NCBI GenBank assembly: GCA_017499595.2
Contig: CM039003.1
Span: forward strand, 1,302,001-1,366,000
From: Psilocybe cubensis
Lineage: Eukaryota
Direction of reading: 5' to 3'
DNA length: 64,000 nt
Program-made: the position numbers and the translations under genes
Shown: positions 57,483-64,000 of the stretch, one piece after another
Layout: every line of letters begins with the position of its first letter
How positions within the stretch are numbered: position 1 is the stretch's first letter
Notes under the pieces: model-generated
The model's database searches: none
Seen by the model: the letters and a program-made list of their open reading frames with translations, nothing else
Told to the model about the DNA's origin: nothing

Positions 57483-58560
57483 TTAAGAGTAATAGTTAAA
57501 CGATCCTTTGAATTTTTCCAGTTTTTGTGCGAAGGGCGAACCTTCAGAAGCTAAAGCTATCCAAGCCACCCAATGTATTTTAAAAAAGGAATCACACAAT
57601 TCATTGAAGCCTGAACAGCGGATAGGGCCAGCGACTCTGTATTCAATTTCTCCGCAGGAGGGACAATGATCTATAAGATAAAAAAGGTAATCAAGAATAA
57701 AATCTTTCATTGTGAGCGTGGAATAAATACCCAGAGTTAGAGTTTTGAGAACATTTGGCTGCCCGATTAGAGGGTGTGTCATAGCGCGTAAAATGTGCCG
57801 TGGAAGTAGAAGGTACCACTAACCGGAGTTCGACAGAGGAAATCAATGAAAACCAGTCGTATCTAACATGGAAGTGTGCCTTTTTGTTATTCCGAGTAAT
57901 TGGCCTCGTATACGAGCTTAGGGAGTACAGAAAGGTGTTTTGCTGACTTGAAGTTGTGTCCTGTTGCTGGATGGGTTTGATGGCCTTCACATGGCAAACT
58001 CTAGTGAACTTTGTATCTTTTTGCATACTTCAGACAGAGTCACAGAAGTATAGCAGTAATTTGTTGTGTAGATGTTCTGTGAACTGAGTTATATCGAATA
58101 TTTGCCGAGAATCAAAAGCGCCCAGAGGAAGCTCAAGAAGCATAAACGGAGCCAAGTTCGACTTTCTTCCGGAAACAGTAAGAAATTCGTCCGTCGGTCC
58201 ATTAGACGAGGGGTACAGACTATTAATGCCTTCATTTAGGTAGACGAGCGATCTCGAACAACACGGAAAAAGATACAGTAGTTCAAATGTAACCTGTTAG
58301 ATATATCATGAAAAAAACATGGACCCCCGAGGTTGGAATTTTTCGATTATGTGCCTGCCAGACAAGATTGGCCAGTGGCAGTTTCTACGAGTGCAAGAGA
58401 TCCGTTGCATTTGACTGATATAAGGGAAATCAATCAGTGAAGGGATAGTATCTTTGTTGGTCCAATTCAAGAAGATTTCGGTGAAGATGGTGGTTGGCTT
58501 CCAAAACGTTGTCCAACCGATGATGTGGTTTCTCCGTCTCAGGGGCTTACGCCAAGGCAC
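57483..58560 (-). pseudogene. Possible decayed gene divergent from VPS45
   Basis: Several same-strand ORF fragments with Leu-rich protein-like text (LKTLTLGIY...LFYLIDHCPS) interrupted by stops and frameshifts. No family assignment. Confidence 0.22.
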
Positions 58561-58733
58561 TGATCACGTGGTTTTCATTACCGTCATCAGTGGGATCTTC
58601 GAACGATGCACTGGCAGCCGCGCAGCATTCAACTACTACGTCAAAATCGCATATACTGAAAGCATATCTTTTAGAAACGTCACACTCAAAATTTAGCACA
58701 TTCTATTAATCACCCTTCGATATTTTCCTTACC

Positions 58734-61256
58734 ATGGATGTGGTTAAGGCTGTGGAAACTTATATCAACAAGTTGGTCTCAACACCCTCGTCCATGAAAG
58801 TGTTGCTATTAGACACACATACGGTACGTACCATTTCCAGGCAGGCATGATTTTAGTGATTTTAGTGTCTAACTTCACGGATATTCCACTGAATAGACCC
58901 CTATTGTGTCACTAGCAACAACACAATCCTCCTTACTCTCACATCAGGTCTATCTGACGGACCGGATAGACAACAAGAAACGAGACCGCATGGCACACAT
59001 GAAGTGTGTCTGTTTTCTACAGAACAGCGAAGACAGCCTCAGCGCGCTAGAGGAAGAACTGAGAGAACCTAAATACGGAGAGTATTATCTGTGTCAGTCG
59101 GTGAATCTCTTGGCTGTTGTGTTGCACTTCTTAATGTCATTGCCCTGCTTACTGGCTTTCGCGTGCTTGTTGCAGATTTCAGTAACATCTTAACTAAAAC
59201 TGCGATTGAAAGACTGGCCCAGGTGGATGAATTCGAAGTCGTGCGCGAGGTGCAGGTGTGTAATGATAATTCACGACCTGTCTCTTAATATTTAACTTGT
59301 ACGGTCTAGGAATATTTTGCTGACTATGCTCCAATATTGCCATGCCTCTTTTCTTTGAACCACACACCCTCTGTAGCCAACCCCTTGTATGGATCAACGG
59401 TCAATTCATGGGACCCTAGGGCACTCGAGCTCGCTATGCAAGGTATTACGGCCGTACTCCTAAGTTTGAAGAAGAAACCTGTGATTCGCTACGAAAAAAT
59501 GAGCCCTATGGCGAAAAAACTGGGAATCGAAATCCAGGTATAGACTACGAACTTCACTAATTTCTATTTTCTCTGACATCTATCACAGCATCGCATGCAG
59601 TCTGAATCATCCCTTTTCGACTTCCGTCTAACTCAGGTCCCACCACTCTTTCTCATCCTCGACCGGCGTAATGACCCTGTCACCCCACTGTTATCTCAAT
59701 GGACATACCAAGCAATGGTCCATGAGCTTTTGGGAATTCATAATGGGAGAGTCGATTTGAGCAAGGTTCCTGACATTCGACCGGAACTATCTGTTAGTTG
59801 AAATTTATCTGTCTTGCTAGTTTCTGGCTGATTGGCTTTGGACAAGGAAATTACTCTTACAACAAGTGTTGATCCGTTTTTCCAATCCAACTATCTCGCA
59901 ACATTTGGCGACTTGGGATCTTCCTTGAAAGATTATGTTCAAGAATACCAGACCAAATCATTGGCTCAATCCCCATCTTCAATCAATTCTATCGCCGATA
60001 TGAAACGATTTGTTGAGGAGTATCCAGAATTTAGGAAGCTAGGAGGAAATGTCAGCAAGCATGTTGCTTTGGTCGGGGAACTGAGCAGACTTGTAGGCCG
60101 AGACAAGCTGCTAGAGGTCGGTGAAGTCGAACAGGGACTAGCGACAAGTTCGGGAGCGGATTTAAAGGTATTTTGCCGAATACTTTTATTGCCTGTTATG
60201 TTAACATTATTGCTCACCATCAGGCTGTTCAAGATATGATCACCAATACCGGAGTCCCACCTTGGAACAAACTGCGGCTCGTTATGTTGTATGCTTTGCG
60301 CTACCAGAAAACGCACACGGCCAACATCGCGTCTTTGATTAATTTGATGCTGGAGAATGGTGTTACTCGAGAAGATGCCAAAGCATGTGTTTCTGTATTG
60401 TGGGTCTCTCGAGATAACGCTGATGGAACTTAACAGCTGGTTTACGTGCTCCTTAACGTTGCGGGAGCTGACCAGAGGCAGGATGACCTTTTTTCAACAG
60501 AGTCATTATTGGCGAAAGGTCGTTCAGCATTGAAAGGTCTCAAGGTTAGTGTTTATTTACACCCCAAAGTACAATTTATCTGATTTACACCTTTCTATAG
60601 GGTGTTGAGAACGTGTATACCCAACATACACCACACTTGTCACAGACCCTTGAAAATCTGTTCAAGGGGAGATTACGAGATACTAGCTACCCCTTCTTAG
60701 ATGGCTCGGGGCCCAACGCTGCATTACAGAGGTAGTTTATTGTCCGTGATATTCATCTCTCACCTCTGATACCTTCCAGGCCACAGGACGTTATTATTTT
60801 TATGATTGGAGGTACCACATACGAGGAAGCTAGGACTGTCACTCTCTTCAATCAAGACCCGGTCGCTGCGTCCAATGGCGGTGTCGTAAACCCAGCAGGG
60901 ATACGCCTTCTGTTAGGCGGTACATGTGTGCACAATTCATCATCGTACGCACTGTTTTCATATGAAATCTACGGTTGTTATAACATTTGTGCATTAGATA
61001 TATTGAAATGTTGCGGTCGGCAGCGCTTAAATTCCCAGCGTCAGTGTACGACCCGCCACCGGAGTCTGCTACGAATGCGCCGATATTGAATCTTAACCTC
61101 GGAGGAGTAAATGTAAGTTTAGGAGGCGCTGCTGGCACTGGAGTATATCGATCCAGCGGGGAAGGTGTTGGCGTCCAGGCTGATGGGATCCGGGATGGGG
61201 TCATGAACCTTCTTGGAAAGGTGAAGCAGGGAGTTGATCGCATCGCTATTCCATGA
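58734..61256 (+). CDS. VPS45: Sec1/Munc18-family vacuolar protein sorting protein Vps45, multi-exon
   Basis: [15 protein letters not shown]...[16 protein letters not shown]...HMKCVCFLQ...[12 protein letters not shown]...[29 protein letters not shown]...[23 protein letters not shown]...[12 protein letters not shown]...[12 protein letters not shown]...LLGGT. ATG 58734, TGA 61254-61256. Confidence 0.97.
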
Positions 61257-61575
61257 CGCAGGTCTTCTATTGCATGGACAGCTGTTGTTTAGTAGTAGTT
61301 TTAGTAATTTATTTCAATATCTGGCTAAAGCTCGGGAGGTCGTTGGGACATTGTGGTGGTCGCCTGGCAGCGAAGGGTTCCACGTGCACGAGTACGCGAA
61401 GGTGACACGTCAATAGAGATCACGCGATGCGCTCATTCCTTTCCGTATGCTCGCTGTCATAAGCACAAGTTGCTATAACACACTCCTTGACTTACATCTT
61501 TCCTCTTCTTTTCCATCTCCTCCTTACATATACCTCCCTCCATAGGCTGTACGCCCGGAACAGGTATCCTTTTCA

Positions 61576-63339
61576 ATGGCGAAAGGTCTCTTTGCGAGTC
61601 TTAAGGGCGTTGATGCCTTTGGAAAGGTATGGTCTATTTCAAATCGGGTTTCGCACAATGATATTGAACGTGGCAATCTTATTTTCTTCTACTAGACTAC
61701 TGAGGATGTAAAGGTTAAAACGAGGACTGGGGCCCTTTGTGAGCACAAATTCTTCCTTCTATCCTGCGATGAGTTGAACAAAATGTTGCGTTTCTCTAGT
61801 AACGATTATCTCGGCCGCTATTATTCTGTCCGTCACCATGATTGAGTTTCTCGACTACCGCAGAGTAAACGTCGACACATCGATTGTCGTAGACCGAAGC
61901 AGAGGCGAGAAGTTGACTGTCAATCTTAATATCACCTTCCCAAGAGTACCCTGCTACCGTACGTCATAACTGCTTCCTTCTAACTAGGATCTCATGTTTA
62001 CAATCTTCAATTAGTCGTCAGCGTAGATGTTATGGATATCAGTGGAGAGCTTCAGAGAGATATCTCACACAATGTCCTCAAAACACGACTTGACAGTCTC
62101 GGCGTGGCGGTTCCCAACTCATTTAACGCGGAACTGAGAAACGATTTGGATAAATTGAACGATGTCAAGAAGGATAATTACTGCGGGTCCTGCTACGGTG
62201 GTTTGGAGCCGGAAAGCGGATGCTGTAATACTTGTGAGGAGGTCCGGACGGCGTATGTGAACCGTGGATGGAGTTTCGCCAACCCAGACGCTATCGAACA
62301 GGCAAGCAGGTTCCTAACGCATTCGTTTGATTTTCTTTTCTCATCCCCTCCAAAATAGTGCAAAAACGAGGGATGGGCGGACAAACTAAAGGAGCAGGCT
62401 GATGAGGGCTGCAATATCTCTGGTCGAATTCGTGTCAACAAGGTCATTGGCAACATCCATTTCTCACCCGGCCGCTCTTTCCAGACCAACACCCGAAACT
62501 TATATGAACTTGTTCCATATCTCCGAGATGACCAGAACCGCCACGATTTCTCACACACTATTCATCATTTCGCCTTTGAGGGTATGCTATCTGACTCAAG
62601 TTCAAACAACAACTTGGACTGATTGTTATAATCTTTCAGGTGATGATGAATATGACTACTGGAAAGCTGAGGCCAGTAAGGAGATGAAGAAGCGAATTGG
62701 AATCAACACCAATCCACTTGACGGGTCTGTTGGCCGCACCGTAAAAGCCCAATATATGTTCCAATACTTCCTTAAAGTCGTCTCGACGCAATTCCGTACC
62801 TTGAACGATGCTCAGATTGTATGTACTTCACACCGTTTCTGGTTTTCTTTTTTTTGACTGAAACGACTGCCGCTGTTGTAGATCAACTCGCATCAGTACA
62901 GCACAACACACTTTGAGCGTGATCTCAGTGAGGGTATTAACGGAGATACACCCGCTGGTCTACACGTTCAACACGGTGTCACTGGTCTGCCAGGTATACG
63001 TTACTACGGTACCATTTGATAATTCATTCATCTAATCTTTTTTCTCTCAGGCGCTTTCTTCAACTTTGAGATCTCGCCTATCCTCGTAGTACATGCTGAA
63101 ACTCGTCAATCATTTGCGCACTTCCTGACATCGTTAGTTCACCTTTTCATCAACCTTTTGTGGTCATTTTTGCTGACGCTGGAGTTTTTTTTTCTTGTAA
63201 TTATAGGACATGTGCGATTGTCGGAGGAGTTCTCACCGTCGCATCTCTGCTCGACGGCATTCTCTTCGCCACAGGGCGCGCGCTGAAGAAGTCAGGTGTT
63301 TCATCATCAGGCGGCGGGTATGGAGGAAAGCTCATGTAA
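61576..63339 (+). CDS. ERV46: ER-derived vesicle protein Erv46 / ERGIC3, multi-exon
   Basis: MAKGLFASLKGVDAFGK|TTEDVKVKTRTGAL...NLNITFPRVPC...DVMDISGE...YCGSCYGG...CCNTCEEVRTAY...EGCNISGRIRVNKVIGNIHFSPG...FQYFLKVVST...PG|AFFNFEISPI...F.HFLTS|TCAIVGGVLTVA...GGKLM*. The YCGSCYG/CCNTC Cys-rich loop distinguishes Erv46 from Erv41. Confidence 0.96.
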
Positions 63340-63825
63340 ATTATGCACTCATACACGCGGAAAAGAAACACATCGACGCAATTTTGGGGTCGTCTATAAA
63401 TTACTTGCATAGCTCGAGTACACCCACCCCACTACTCTATTGTGCGCCCCAGGATTGTTCTTGTTTCACCATGTACCGTATAATATGGATTTGCGTTTGT
63501 ACCATATATCCACTGCTAACACATTGGTTTTTATTATCTTTTTGTCGTCCTGATGCAAGCACAAGTCGCGAAGAAATTGAATGTCAGGCAACGGAAACCA
63601 TGGTCTCAACCCATTTGCACGATTCATCTATAGGGGATACAGGTAGAGATAAATCCGGTAGAGTAGAAAAATACAAAATTTACACGACGGGAAACGAAAG
63701 CAAAGGAAACAGACGAGAATAAAAATAAAATAGATAGAGATGCAGAAACCTGAGATTCCTGATTGGAGTGCCATTTCTGAGGTAGCAATATTATTGATGG
63801 GAAGAGGTCACAGTTGATGGGGTTT

Positions 63826-63948
63826 TCATCGACCGTGCACTTTACGTCTTTTTATCGGAGTTGGGACAGCGTGAGCATGCTTCTTGGACCGGCCGTTATC
63901 ATGGTTGGTTTCGACGCGCTGTGTGCCGTACACCTCTTCGTGATTATC
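63826..63948 (-). CDS. Possible terminal exon of a gene entering from the right edge
   Basis: On the minus strand a CTAAT branch and TTCAG acceptor precede DNHEEVYGTQRVETNHDNGRSKKHAHAVPTPIKRRKVHGR* (NLS-like PIKRRK). The phase cannot be confirmed without the upstream exons. Confidence 0.4.
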   Translation of the reverse strand, partial: DNHEEVYGTQRVETNHDNGRSKKHAHAVPTPIKRRKVHGR

Positions 63949-64000
63949 CTGAATAAGTTTGCCAAATGATTAGACTGATACATGGAAAAAAGGAAAAGAA

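Overview
Eukaryotic, intron-rich fungal DNA. Short GT-AG introns with CTRAY branch sites and the protein families point to an agaricomycete basidiomycete. The left gene-dense block (1-19 kb) holds GEM1/Miro (partial, -), an F-box protein (+), an SH3-RasGEF (-), a 769-aa Pro/Ser-rich unknown protein (+), a GSKIP-domain protein (+) and an OGFr-domain protein (-). A ~40-kb gene-poor interval (19.1-58.7 kb) follows, with one recognisable gene (Ecl1-family zinc-binding protein). It also holds two complete non-autonomous DNA transposons that keep only a probable transposase C-terminus: one with 33-bp TIRs and an 8-bp TSD, inserted inside a cryptic intron, and one pogo/Tigger-like with a TA TSD. The right end carries VPS45 and ERV46. 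The most unusual signals are (i) expanded GEM1/F-box introns with branch points 85-335 nt from the acceptor behind AG-free tracts, (ii) a dense field of unrelated tandem repeats that mostly share a 7-nt period, and (iii) the chimeric 8-bp-TSD element of unclear superfamily. All calls were made by eye. No database searches were run, and I found no clear-cut novel multi-gene system.
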